From the NCBI GenBank assembly GCA_963829055.1, contig CAWHHI010000002.1:1-43593 (forward strand): 43,593 nucleotides of DNA. The letters are read 5' to 3'. The DNA is from an uncultured Gemmatimonadaceae bacterium. GTDB lineage: Bacteria > Gemmatimonadota > Gemmatimonadetes > Gemmatimonadales > Gemmatimonadaceae. Positions 21,614 to 34,883 of the stretch are shown here, in pieces; position 1 is the stretch's first letter, and each line of letters starts with the position of its first letter. The position numbers were made by a program, and so were the translations under genes. The notes under the pieces are model-generated. The model did no database searches. It saw nothing but the letters and a program-made list of their open reading frames with translations, and was not told the DNA's origin.

Positions 21614-22432
21614 ATGCAACGCTCAATCATTTTCCCAGCCGTCCTGCTACTCACTCCGGCCATTGCCACGGCCCAGCAAGGCAACCAGCCCAAGAATTGG
21701 TCGAGCAGCATCGGCATCGGGACGGTTGCGATGCCAACCTATACCGGCAGCAATCGGTACCGCGTCCGGCCCGTGCCGCTACTCCAGCTCGAGTTCAAGG
21801 AGCGCGTATATGTCGGATCGTCCACCGGTGGTGTGGGTGGAGGTATGGGTGTTTACCTGATCCGTGGCTCGTCGCTCACCTGGTCGACAGAGTTGAGCAC
21901 CGCCGGCAAGCGCCGCGAAAGCTTTGGCGACGGACTCGCCGGTATGGGAACGCGAAACGCCGGTACGTTCGTCGGCAACAACATCTCGTACCGGGCAGGC
22001 ATGTTCACGGCTGCGGCGAACGTCGCGATCGGACTCGGGAAGGACGAAGGTTCGACCGGGTCAGTGGTCCTCGACTCGAAACACGTCTTTGGGCGCCGCT
22101 GGATCGCCAGCGTGTCGTCCGGTGCGACGTTCGCCGACAAGGACAACATGGCGTTCGACTTCGGGATCAGCTCGAGGCAGGCCGGTCGTCGTCAGGCGCT
22201 CATTGCCGCCGGTGACTCGCGGTTGTCGGCGGGTGACGGCAGCATCTACTCGCCGAAGGGCGGTCTGAAGCAGGCGCAGGTTGGTACTTCGCTCGGTTTC
22301 CTGATCACCAACCGTGCGACGGCGATGGCGTTCGGGTCGGGAACCCGTCTGGGCAGAGAAGCGGCGGCCAGTCCGCTCACCCGCAAGCGCAACGGAGTGA
22401 CGGCGGGTCTCGGAATCGTCTACGGGATCTAG
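21614..22432 (+). CDS. MipA/OmpV family outer-membrane beta-barrel protein
   Basis: Signal peptide, PTYTGSNRYRVRPVP, TFADKDNMAFDFGIS, AAASPLTRKR, terminal aromatic strand GLGIVYGI. Confidence 0.88.
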   Translation: MQRSIIFPAVLLLTPAIATAQQGNQPKNWSSSIGIGTVAMPTYTGSNRYRVRPVPLLQLEFKERVYVGSSTGGVGGGMGVYLIRGSSLTWSTELSTAGKRRESFGDGLAGMGTRNAGTFVGNNISYRAGMFTAAANVAIGLGKDEGSTGSVVLDSKHVFGRRWIASVSSGATFADKDNMAFDFGISSRQAGRRQALIAAGDSRLSAGDGSIYSPKGGLKQAQVGTSLGFLITNRATAMAFGSGTRLGREAAASPLTRKRNGVTAGLGIVYGI

Positions 22433-22434
22433 CG

Positions 22435-22586
22435 GTCATTCCGAGCGGGGTCATTCCGAGCGAGCGACAGCGAGTCGAGGAATCGTGACTGTTCCGGTAG
22501 AGGGCCCCTCTACCGGGACATCGCAGATTCCTCGACTCCGCCGCTTCGCGGCTCCGCTCGGAATGACAACCTCCGCTCGGAATGAC
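22435..22586. repeat. Doubled REP-like hairpin (family B) between convergent genes
   Basis: Two GTCATTCCGAGCG on the left and two CGCTCGGAATGAC on the right. Inner GAGTCGAGGAATC / GATTCCTCGACTC and central CCGGTAGAGG-GCC-CCTCTACCGG. Confidence 0.9.
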
Positions 22587-22591
22587 AACGA

Positions 22592-25034
22592 CTAATCCGT
22601 CTTCAGCGCGATGAGTGGATCGACCCGCGTCGCCGCACGGGCGGGAAGCCAGCACGCCAGCGCCGCCACTATGATCAGCAACCCCGACACGGATCCGACC
22701 GTGAGCGGGTCCGTCGGGCTCACCCCGTACAACACGGCACCTAACGCGCGCGTCGCCACCACGGAAATTCCGAGCCCAGCCAGCACGCCAGCGCCACTCA
22801 GCGCCAACCCTCGGCGCAGGATCATGCGCCTCACGTCGCTGGCCCGGGCGCCCAGCGCGAGACGGATGCCGATCTCCTGTGTGCGCTGCCGTACCAATGC
22901 GGCAATCACACCATAGACGCCCACGGCGGCGAGCACGAGCGCGATCACGGCGAACGTAGCGAGCACCATTGCGTTGAACCGCGGTCGCGCCAGCGATGTC
23001 GTTAGGCGCTGGCGTACGCTCGCGACCCTGGTGACCAACGCCGCCGGCTCGATCTCGGTCACGGCTCGCCTCACGTCGCCAAGTGTCATGGAGTGTCCCG
23101 GTCGGCCGCGCACGACGACGAGCGTGAGCGGCGGCAGGTTGGCGTTCTGCGCCCACGGCGTGTAGACGACCGGTCGCGGGGACGTGAGCTCGCGATACCG
23201 CACGTCGCCCGCGATGCCCACGACCGTGAACCACGGGCCGGGCGCATCAGCGTGCCCGAACTTGAGTCGTTTGCCGACGGCATCCGCCCCCGGCCACGCA
23301 CGCCGCGCCAGCGCCGCACTCACGACGACCACGGGCGAGCTCCCCGCTCTGTCGTCGGACGTGATGCCCCGCCCTCGCTGAATGGGAATTCCCATCGTCG
23401 AGAAGTAGCTCGGCAACACGGCCTGAAGGTCGAGCGGCGGGTTCGCCGCTGCGTCGCGCGCCGTTTGCGTTTCTGCCGTATAAAAGGCGTCCCATCCATT
23501 GTTGCCCGAGAACGGCGGCAGCAGAACGACGGTCGCCGACGAGTTTCCGGGCGAGCGCCGCGAGCCGTTCGGTCACGCGATCGTAGAACGCCAGCAGGCG
23601 CGGTCGACTCGTCGCGATCGTCTGCGGCAGCTCGACTTCTATGGTACTGAGCTCCGTCGTCGCGAATCCCATGTCGAGGCTCTGGAGCTTCTCCAGCGTT
23701 CTCACCAGAAGCCCCGCTCCGACCAGGACCACCATCGCGAGCGCAACCTGGGCGGCGGCGAGCGCGCTTCCGCGCCGCCCAGCGACTCGGTCGGCAGAGC
23801 CGCCACGGCCGCCCGAGCGAAGGACGCGACTCAAGTCATCGACACGAGACAGCCCGATGGCAGGCCACAGGCTGAACACGAGCGCGCTCAGCACGACCAA
23901 CGCCGCCGCCCCACCAAGCACCATCGGATCCACGCGAATCGCATCGATCCTGGGTAGTTCCACCGGCGCGAGTGCGACGAGCAGATGCACGAGCCAGGTG
24001 GCGATCAGCACTCCGGCAACGCCCCCCAGCGCCGCGAGGACCAGCCCTTCGGTGAAGAGTTGGCGCACGAGGCGCCATTCGCCGGCACCGATCGCGACGC
24101 GAACGGCGAACTCGCGGCGTCGCGCAACGCCGCGGACGACGACGAGGTTCGCGACGTTGACGTTCGCAATGAGCAGGAGAAGCGCGACCGCACCTCCGAG
24201 CGCGAGCAACGTCGGCCTGACGTCGCCGGTGATGAGCGACTCGATCGGGCGTACCGTTCCACGAACGTCGCGCGGCTCACCAGGCTCGTATGCCTTGTGC
24301 GCCAGAAAATCCGCGAGCTCCGCGCGCGCCTGCTCGACTGTGGCGTCGCGCCGGAGTCGGCCGACGAGGTTGAACGGCCACTGACCGCCACCGCTGGCCG
24401 CGTCAGGCATCACGGTGAGCACGGGTACCCACATCTCGGTGGTGCCTGGGAAAGCGAATCCGGAGGGCACGACTCCCACGATCCGGAAGGGATCGCCGGT
24501 CTGCGCGGACCGGATGGTGTGTCCAACGACCGCGGCGTCCCCTCCGAATTCGCGACGCCACAGCGCGTAGCTGATCACACCGACGCGCGGTCCCCCGGGG
24601 ACATCGTCGCTCGCCTCCAGCATCCGGCCGATCAGCGGGCGTGCACCCAAAACGCGGAATAAGTCGCCGGACGCGACACCGGTCGTGATCGAGAGGACGC
24701 GGTCGCCGTCGCGCATGGTCACGGGCCAGGAGCCGTCGTATTGCGCGCCGGCAACGGCCTCGAGTGCACGCGTCTGCGCCGCGAACGCACGCAGATCTTT
24801 CACCGAAAACGGCACCAGCGCCTCGTTCCCTACCAGCTGCTCCTTCCGCAGCACGACGACGCGCGACTGATCTCGAATGGGAAGCGGCTGGAGGAGCACG
24901 CCGTTGATCACACCGAACACCGCCGTCGCCGCACCGATGCCAACGGCGAGAGTCACGACGACAGAGAGGGTGAACAGCCCGTTCCGGCGCAGCGATCGAA
25001 CCGCGAAGGCGAGGTCGTGACCTGGGGTTGCCAT
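22592..25034 (-). CDS. Duplicated ABC-type permease (ADOP / MacB-FtsX-like), with an apparent indel near 23545
   Basis: HDLAFAVRSLRR...TLAVGIGAATAVF, LLIANVNVANL...RRREFAVRVAIGA, QRTQEIGIRLALGA, PARAATRVDPLIALKTD. Confidence 0.88.
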
Positions 25035-25259
25035 CTGGCTGATTACCAAAGTCGGAGTAGTCTCGCTATTAAAGCAGATAATGTTGCAAATCGGGCTGCT
25101 TAAATGAAGAAAACATGCAACACAACGGTATTATCGCGAGGTTCACTCCAAAGTCCGTGTAGAGTAGCAACTCTTAAGAACCGAGTAATTTCATAATGAA
25201 GCGGCTAAGTGTTAAATTGTTGCATTCGTGGGCTGGTGCTGGACTCTAAATCCGAAATA

Positions 25260-26735
25260 ATGTCATCGCGCTTTCCTCAGGTTTTCCTTTCCACTGCCAA
25301 GACAGCCGTTGCAGTCTCGAGGGCTGCCAAGAAGGGCGAGGTACGGAAGATCGGGCCACGGCTATATACCTCGCAGCTGTCGGGTGACGCGATAGAGGTG
25401 ATTCGCGCGAACCGTTGGCAGGTGGTCGCGCTCTACGCGCCCGGGGGCGTAGTCGGGTATCGGACGGCGATCGAAGGAAAGCCAACCGCCGACGGAACTG
25501 TATTTCTTTCAGGCCCGACGTTGCGGCGCATCGATCTTCCAGGACTTCGCGTTAGGGTGGTTCCGGGGCCTGATGCGCTCGAGGGAGACCGCGAGTTCAT
25601 TGGCGGACTTCGCTTCGCCTCGAGAGCGCGCGCACTTCTCGAATCGTTGCGGCCTTCCCGAGCACGAGCAACCGAAGCCCGGGGGTTATCGCGAGATACG
25701 GTCGAACAGATCCTCGATAGAGAGTTGGAACTTGGCAACGAGGCCACGCTGAATGCCCTACGTGACCAGGCGAGTAGTCTCGCGTCGCGACTCGGTGCCG
25801 AGCGAGAGTTCGAGGTACTCGACGGAATCATCGGGGCCCTGCTCGGAAGCCGAAACATCCCGGTTACAGCGGCTGGCGCCCGGGGCCGCCTCGCGGAGCC
25901 GCCGTACGACGCAAAGCGACTGACGCTGTTCGAGGAACTCCATGCTGCGCTCGTGGCGACCCCGTTACCTAACCGCGCGGACCCGGCCGCGGCGGGATCA
26001 GCCTTCCGCCACCTGGCTTTCCTCGACGCCTACTTCTCGAACTATATAGAAGGCACAGAATTCGAGCTCGACGAGGCTCGCGCACTGGTGTTCGAGGGTC
26101 GAGTCCTGCCAGACCGTCCGGCGGACTCGCATGATGTCCTAGGTACGTTCGCGTTGGTCGGGAATCGAGATTTCCTCGGCGTCGGCATCAGCGATCTCCC
26201 CGATGGTGCCGCGTTCATCGCGCGCCTCAAACAGACTCACGCCGAGATCATGCGTGGGCGCCCAGAACACGGTCCGGGGAGGTTCAAGGAGACCGTCAAT
26301 CGCGCGGGAAACTCGGTGTTCGTACATCCCGACGCCGTCACAGGGACGCTACTCCACGGGTTTACGATCGCGAGGTCGCTCGAGCGACCCTTTGCCCGAG
26401 CCGCAGCGCTGATGTTTGTCATCTCGGAGGTTCACCCGTTCGCCGATGGCAACGGACGGGTCGCACGAGTACTCATGAACGCCGAGCTGTTCGCGGCTCG
26501 CCAATGTCGCATCCTGATACCGACCGTCTTTCGGGACGACTACCTGACGGCGCTCCGGACCATGACGCGACAAGGCCACGCCGATCCTCTCGTGCAGGCG
26601 CTCGAACTGGCCCAGCGCGTGACAGCGGCAATCGACTACGCGGACCTCGATCACGCGATTGCGGCACTCGCGAACGTGAACGCCTTCGAGGAGCCGTCGA
26701 CGGGCACCAGGTTGCGCGCTCCGAATCCCCGTTAA
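25260..26735 (+). CDS. Fic-domain protein with an N-terminal wHTH-like region
   Basis: Canonical [12 protein letters not shown]ic motif and upstream SNYIEG (S/T)xxxE(G/N) inhibitory motif. Preceded by an AT-rich region. Confidence 0.9.
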   Translation: MSSRFPQVFLSTAKTAVAVSRAAKKGEVRKIGPRLYTSQLSGDAIEVIRANRWQVVALYAPGGVVGYRTAIEGKPTADGTVFLSGPTLRRIDLPGLRVRVVPGPDALEGDREFIGGLRFASRARALLESLRPSRARATEARGLSRDTVEQILDRELELGNEATLNALRDQASSLASRLGAEREFEVLDGIIGALLGSRNIPVTAAGARGRLAEPPYDAKRLTLFEELHAALVATPLPNRADPAAAGSAFRHLAFLDAYFSNYIEGTEFELDEARALVFEGRVLPDRPADSHDVLGTFALVGNRDFLGVGISDLPDGAAFIARLKQTHAEIMRGRPEHGPGRFKETVNRAGNSVFVHPDAVTGTLLHGFTIARSLERPFARAAALMFVISEVHPFADGNGRVARVLMNAELFAARQCRILIPTVFRDDYLTALRTMTRQGHADPLVQALELAQRVTAAIDYADLDHAIAALANVNAFEEPSTGTRLRAPNPR

Positions 26736-26778
26736 ATCGCGCCTATATTCCGGATCCACACTTTCAAATCGCCTGATC

Positions 26779-28476
26779 GTGAGTCACGACACCGCTCCAT
26801 CCGCCGCGCACAAGGACTTCATCCGAGACATGGTCGCCGACGACGTGGCGACCAACCGCTTCGGCCGACCCGTCGCCACGCGCTTTCCGCCCGAGCCGAA
26901 CGGCTTTCCGCACATCGGGCACGTGAAGTCCGTGTGCCTGAACTTCGGGATCGCGAAGGAGTTCGGCGGTCGCTGCAACCTGCGCTTCGACGACACGAAT
27001 CCGTTCACCGAAGACGTGAAGTACGTCGAGGCCATCAAGCGTGACGTCGAATGGCTCGGCTTCACGTGGGACGCCGAGCTGTACGCGAGCGACTACTTCG
27101 AGCAGCTGTACGAGATCGCCGAAGATCTCGTGAAGCGAGGCAAGGCGTACGTCGATTCGCAGACCGAAGAGGAGATTCGCCTCAACCGCGGCACCGTCAC
27201 GACGCCGGGCGTGCCGGGCCCGTATCGCGACCGCTCGCCCGACGAGAACCTCGACCTCCTGCGTCGTATGAAGGCGGGCGAGTTCCCCGACGGCGCGCAC
27301 GTGCTGCGCGCGAAGATCGACCTCGCGCACCCGAACATGATCATGCGCGACCCGTTGCTGCTGCGGATCCGCCATGCGCCGCACTACCGGCGCGGCAATG
27401 CGTGGTGTCTCTACCCGCTGTACGATTTCGCGCACGGCCTGTCCGACGCGATCGAAGGCATCACGCACTCGCTCTGCACGCTCGAGTTCAAGGACAACAA
27501 GCGACATCTACGACTGGCTCGTGCACGAGGCGGGCTTCGAGCGTCCGCCCGAGCAGATGGAGTTCGCGCGCCTCGAAGCTGGACTACACGGTGCTCAGCA
27601 AGCGGAAGCTGCTCAAGCTCGTGAACGAGGGACGCGTGAGCGGGTGGGACGACCCGCGCATGCCGACGATCTCGGGCATGCGTCGTCGCGGCGTGACACC
27701 CGAGGGGCTGCGCAACTTCGCCGAAGCGATCGGCGTCGCGCGCAAGCCGGCGCGGACGGAGCTCGCGACGTTCGAGCACCACATCCGCGACGACCTCAAC
27801 ATGCGCGTGCCGCGCGTCATGGCGGTGGTCAACCCGCTCAAGGTCGTGCTCACGAACTACCCGGAAGATCAGGTCGACGAGCTCGAGGCGTCGTACTACC
27901 CGCACGACGTTCCGCTCACCGGCTCGCGCATGGTCCCGTTTTCGCGGGAGCTGTGGATCGAGCGGGACGACTTCATGGAGGACCCGCCCAAGAAGTTCTT
28001 CAGGCTCGCTCCGGGCCGGGAAGTGCGACTAAGGTACGGCTACTTCATCACCTGCACAGACGTCATCAAGGATGCGTCAGGCAACGTGGTGGAGCTCCAC
28101 TGCACGTACGACCCGGCGACGCGTGGCGGTGACGCCCCCGACGGCCGCAAGGTCCAGGGAACGATCCACTGGGTTTCGGCCCGGCACGCGCTCGACGCCG
28201 AGGTACGGCTCTACGACCGGCTGTTCACGGTCCCCGACCCGGAGGCGGTAGACGACGGTCAGGAATTCACTGCGCACGCTCAACCCGGACTCGCTGGTTG
28301 TCGTTCCCGGTGCTAAGATCGAGCCGAGCGTGGCGAAGGATCCCATCGGCACGCGGTATCAGTTCGAGCGCACCGGCTACTTCATTAGCGATACGATAGA
28401 TTCGACGCCGGACCGGCTCGTGTTCAATCGAACGGTGACGCTCCGGGACAGTTGGGCAAAGGTGAAGGGAAAGTAG
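26779..28476 (+). CDS. glnS: Glutamine--tRNA ligase, with apparent indels near 27500, 27575 and 28275
   Basis: [66 protein letters not shown]...[14 protein letters not shown] at 28474-28476. Confidence 0.95.
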
Positions 28477-28547
28477 TAGGCCCGTCACGAGCATGAACGC
28501 GAAGGCAAACGTGCGCGAGCGGGTCGGGCTTGTTCCGTGGTGCTCGC

Positions 28548-30281
28548 ATGTCGCTCTGTCTTCGCGGGAGTCACCGTCCCATTGCACTCGTCGCCGGCGT
28601 TGCCGCGTTAGGCTTCGGCCTGGCGGCGTCGGCGCTCACGGCGCCGCTCTCGGCCCAGGTCGTTCGCGGCACTGTCACCGAACGGGCCACTAACACGCCC
28701 GTCTCCGGCGTCCTCCTCGCGGTGCTCGATGGTCGGGACACCGTCGTCGTGCAGGCGTTGAGCAGCGAGGGGGGCGGTTTCGAGATTCGCCTTCCAGGGC
28801 CCGGGACGTATTCGCTCGACGTCAAACGCATTGGCGTCAAGCGCGTCCGACTCGCGCCCTTCACGGTCACCGAGGGCGAGTCGCGGCTGCTCGACATTTC
28901 CGTCGAACCGGTGCCCGCAGTCCTGAGCTCCATCAACATCACGGGCCGCACGTCGTGCGTTCGCAACCCGCAGACGAACGCGCGCACCGCCGCGTTATGG
29001 GAAGACGCCCGCGCCGCGCTCACCGCCGCGGTGATCACGCGCGGTCTCGTCGGCGCCGCCGACACGGTCGTCCGCTTCGAGCGGAAGCTCGACGTGCGCG
29101 ACTGGCACGTGCTCTACGAGACGCGCCGGAAGGTGTCCGCGTCCTGCGACCATCCGTTCCGCAGCCTCCCGGCGGAAGTGCTTTCCGTGGGCGGCTACAT
29201 CACGGTGAACCAGGACGGCTCGACGGACTACTACGCTCCCGACGCGGAAGTCCTGCTCTCCGATACCTTCCTCGCGGATCACTGTTTCAAGATCGTGCCC
29301 GCGGGGGAGTACGACCACGTCGGGCAGATCGGGCTCGCGTTCCAGCCGATCCCCGAGCGGAAGAAGCCCGACATCAAGGGCGTGCTCTGGATGGACGAGA
29401 AGTCGGCGGAGCTGCGCACCCTCGAGTTCAACTACACCTGGCTGCCTAACGACGTCCGCCCCGCGGATTTCGGTGGCACGGTGTCGTTCTTCCGGATGCC
29501 CGGCGGCCGGTGGATCGTCCGGAGCTGGAAGATCCGGATGCCGGAGTTCGGCAACCAGCGCACCGTGCAGACCGCGGATGGATCCTACGTTTCCGTCGGC
29601 CGCAGCAGCTCGCCGGTGGTGGCCCGCATCTCCGAAGAAGGCGGCGCCGTCCCACTCTCCACGCTGATGGGCCAGGTCGGTCAGGTGCGCGGAACCGTCG
29701 TGATGGACACGATCACGAACAAACCAATCGCCGGAATCACCGTCGCGCTCGAAGGCACGGGCGACTCGACGACGACAGGAGTGGACGGCGGTTTCGAGTT
29801 GCCGTTCGTGCAGCCGGGCTCCTACACCATCGTGATCCGGCATGCAGTGCTCGATTCGTTAGGCATCCGCCACCTCGCGCGCACGGTGGAGGTCGACGCT
29901 GGCCAATCGGCCGCGCTGGCGCTGCGCTTTCCGACGAACCAGGAGCTCGCGGGCCGCCTGTGTGACAAGCCCGTGGACTTCGCACGCCACTCGGTCATCC
30001 GATTCCTGATTGTCGATCAGGCCGGTGTGCCATTGGCGAATACGCCGGCGGTGTTCTCTCGTGTGCCGATCGACTCCACCGGCAAACCAGTCGCGGACAG
30101 TGCTACCTCCTGGGACGTCAAGCTCGACGCTGGCGGCGGCTTCCTCGGCTGCGCGCTACGCGGGGATGAGATCGTGCGGATCGAGGCGGTGCCTGAATCC
30201 GGGACGCCGTGGGGAGAGACAGTCCGCCCGCGCGTGGGCCTCATCGGGTGGCACGTGGTGCGTATCGGTAAGCGGCGATAG
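28548..30281 (+). CDS. Secreted protein with carboxypeptidase-regulatory-like (prealbumin-fold) domains
   Basis: Signal peptide ending LSAQ, then VVRGTVTERATNTPVSG. YYAPDAEVLLSDTFLADHCF core. Second VRGTV...PGSYTI repeat. Confidence 0.75.
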   Translation: MSLCLRGSHRPIALVAGVAALGFGLAASALTAPLSAQVVRGTVTERATNTPVSGVLLAVLDGRDTVVVQALSSEGGGFEIRLPGPGTYSLDVKRIGVKRVRLAPFTVTEGESRLLDISVEPVPAVLSSINITGRTSCVRNPQTNARTAALWEDARAALTAAVITRGLVGAADTVVRFERKLDVRDWHVLYETRRKVSASCDHPFRSLPAEVLSVGGYITVNQDGSTDYYAPDAEVLLSDTFLADHCFKIVPAGEYDHVGQIGLAFQPIPERKKPDIKGVLWMDEKSAELRTLEFNYTWLPNDVRPADFGGTVSFFRMPGGRWIVRSWKIRMPEFGNQRTVQTADGSYVSVGRSSSPVVARISEEGGAVPLSTLMGQVGQVRGTVVMDTITNKPIAGITVALEGTGDSTTTGVDGGFELPFVQPGSYTIVIRHAVLDSLGIRHLARTVEVDAGQSAALALRFPTNQELAGRLCDKPVDFARHSVIRFLIVDQAGVPLANTPAVFSRVPIDSTGKPVADSATSWDVKLDAGGGFLGCALRGDEIVRIEAVPESGTPWGETVRPRVGLIGWHVVRIGKRR

Positions 30282-30315
30282 CCGTGGGGCGATTGTCGCG
30301 GATCTCGGACTGCCA

Positions 30316-30664
30316 GCATCATCGCGCCGGGGCCGGTGGGAACTACGATTGGGCGGATGACACGGAAAACGGCCGGATACGGCTTTGCATCGACGCATGG
30401 CTCTCGCGCGGGACCCGTGAGAATACGATGGGAACGGCCGCCCGGGAGACTCCTGCGTCCCGAGCGGCCGTTCCCGAAACAGTCCGGCCCGTTGCGCGAG
30501 GGGCGGTCCCGGACGCAGGTCTTATCCTGCTTCTTCCGCGTCATCCGCGAGATCGCCGTTCCCACTGGCCCGGCGCGATGACGCGTCGATGCAGAGCAGT
30601 ATCCGGCAGTTTCGCAGTACAGATCCGCCGAATCGTAGTTCTCACCGGCGCGGCGGAACGATGC
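30316..30664. repeat. Long palindromic element, family A, copy 2 (reverse orientation relative to copy 1)
   Basis: CGCGCCGGGGCCGGTGGGAACTACGATT...CCGGATACGGCTTTGCATCGACGC and its inverted partner, with the same internal hairpin and degenerate third arm. Homology may extend to ~30290-30690. Confidence 0.9.
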
Positions 30665-30706
30665 CAACAGCCACGGCTCCGCGGCTATCGCAACACTAGG
30701 ATCGCG

Positions 30707-33441
<2,735 letters not shown>

Positions 33442-33471
33442 CCCGGGTCGTCGTCGAGTGCCGTTGCCGAG

Positions 33472-33503
33472 TCCCCAGTTCCCGTTCCCGATTCCCAGTC
33501 CCG
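33472..33503. repeat. Short degenerate tandem repeat of TTCCC(A/G)-type units between padR and the permease
   Basis: TCCCCAGTTCCCGTTCCCGATTCCCAGTCCCG. Confidence 0.55.
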
Positions 33504-33839
33504 TCAGCCCATATCCAGCACGAGCGACACGGCGGTCGTGAGTGTCCGCCAGGCATCGGCTTCGAGCTGGAGCTGATTGCGACCGCTGCGCGTGAGCTCG
33601 TAGTACTTCGCGCGTCGATTGTTGTCCGACGCCCCCCACTCCGCCTTGATCCACCCGCGGCGCTCGAGGCGATGCAGGGCAGGGTACAGCGAGCCCTGGG
33701 GGATCTGCAGCATCGCCTTCGAGACGTCGCGAAGACGCTCGGAGATCGCCCACCCATGCATTGGCCCGAGCGAGATGGCCTTGAGGATGAGCAGGTCGAG
33801 CGTGCCCTGTGGGAGGTCGAGCTTTTCGTGGTCTGGCAT
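33504..33839 (-). CDS. PadR-family transcriptional regulator (type associated with ADOP permeases)
   Basis: LPQGTLDLLILKA...MHGWAI...QGSLYPALHRLERRGWI...SDNNRRAKYYELTRSG. Lies directly upstream of the permease. Confidence 0.93.
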   Translation of the reverse strand: MPDHEKLDLPQGTLDLLILKAISLGPMHGWAISERLRDVSKAMLQIPQGSLYPALHRLERRGWIKAEWGASDNNRRAKYYELTRSGRNQLQLEADAWRTLTTAVSLVLDMG

Positions 33840-33843
33840 GGTT

Positions 33844-33898
33844 CCCCTGTCACTTCTACAAGAAGATGATTGCGCGGATCCTGTAGAAGCGCAAGGGG
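33844..33898. promoter_or_regulatory. Putative PadR autoregulatory operator pair
   Basis: Two CCTGT-N7-ACAGG-like sites that together form an imperfect inverted repeat (CTTCTACA 33853-33860 / TGTAGAAG 33882-33889), overlapping the padR RBS. Confidence 0.5.
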
Positions 33899-33911
33899 AG
33901 TTCTGGTCCAG

Positions 33912-34216
33912 CGCGCCGGGGCCGGTGGGAACTACGATGACGCGGATTGCACGGAAAACGGCCGGATACGGCTGCATCGACGCTGGCTCATCACCGGACC
34001 TGAATAGGAGGCCGCTCGGGATGCGCGTCTCGAGCGCCTCGAGGAATCCTGGCTCGTTCGGGCGGAGTCGGGAGTCCGGAGCATCCGATCTACCGCGGCA
34101 TCGGCCGAATCGTCGATTCCTCCAGACTGCGCCTCGATCGATGCGGGTATGCAAAGCCGATCCGGCCGTTCTGCTGTCAATCCGCCCAATCGCAGTTCCC
34201 ACCGGCCCGGGCGCGA
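33912..34216. repeat. Long palindromic element, family A, copy 3 (diverged interior)
   Basis: CGCGCCGGGGCCGGTGGGAACTACGAT...CACGGAAAACGGCCGGATACGGCT on the left and ATGCAAAGCCGATCCGGCCGTT...GTTCCCACCGGCCCGGGCGCGA on the right. Confidence 0.85.
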
Positions 34217-34301
34217 TGAGCCGTCCGCGCAATCGTCGTTCCCCCATTGTCTCCCGCCAATGTCCCGCCTTTCTTCAGGCCTTCCTTGATACGGAGGATC
34301 A

Positions 34302-34883
34302 ATGAATCAGCCTAATCGCAGTCCCGAGGAGAGGACCGGCGAAGCCTTCGAAGGCGACATTCGGCTCACCGTCGTCGGGTCGAAGCTTCACCCGGGAATG
34401 CCCGCTCCAGATTTTGCGCTCGACGCGCTCGCCCCAGGCGAAGCGCTGCCGCGCGAGGTGACGCTCGCCTCAGGTGCCGGCCGAGTGCGGCTGCTGCACG
34501 TCGTCAACTCGCTCGACACGCCCGTCTGCCACGTCGGAGCCCACCGCTTCGAGACACTCCGACAGAGCGACCTGCCCGCTGGCGTCGACGTGCTCACTGT
34601 AAGCATGGACCTGCCGTTCGCTCAGGCGCGCTGGCGGGCGGCCGAAGGGGTCGAGCACGAAGCGGTGTCGAGCCATCGAAGCGAGGACTTTGGCCGGGAC
34701 TACGGCGTGCTCCTCCGCGAGTGGCGACTGTTGCAACGCGCCGTGTTCGTCATCGACGCCGCCAATCGCGTGACCTACGCCGAGTACGTGGCCGATCAGA
34801 TGGCGGAGCCGGACTATGCCGCGGCGCTCGAAGCCGCGCGGTCGGCGGCGTCGCACGCGAACGCGGCTACCGCGGTTACATAA
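34302..34883 (+). CDS. tpx: Thiol peroxidase (Tpx-like peroxiredoxin)
   Basis: APDF, NSLDTPVC, SMDLPFAQARW, FGRDYGVL...LLQRAVFVID, EPDY. GGAGG RBS. Confidence 0.85.
   Translation: MNQPNRSPEERTGEAFEGDIRLTVVGSKLHPGMPAPDFALDALAPGEALPREVTLASGAGRVRLLHVVNSLDTPVCHVGAHRFETLRQSDLPAGVDVLTVSMDLPFAQARWRAAEGVEHEAVSSHRSEDFGRDYGVLLREWRLLQRAVFVIDAANRVTYAEYVADQMAEPDYAAALEAARSAASHANAATAVT

Noticed and set aside
26779..28476. glnS (and the kinase, permeases and regulators) as pseudogenes or programmed frameshifts
   Set aside because: The breaks are short indels without slippery motifs, and the protein motifs on either side are intact. They occur across many genes, which fits long-read consensus errors.
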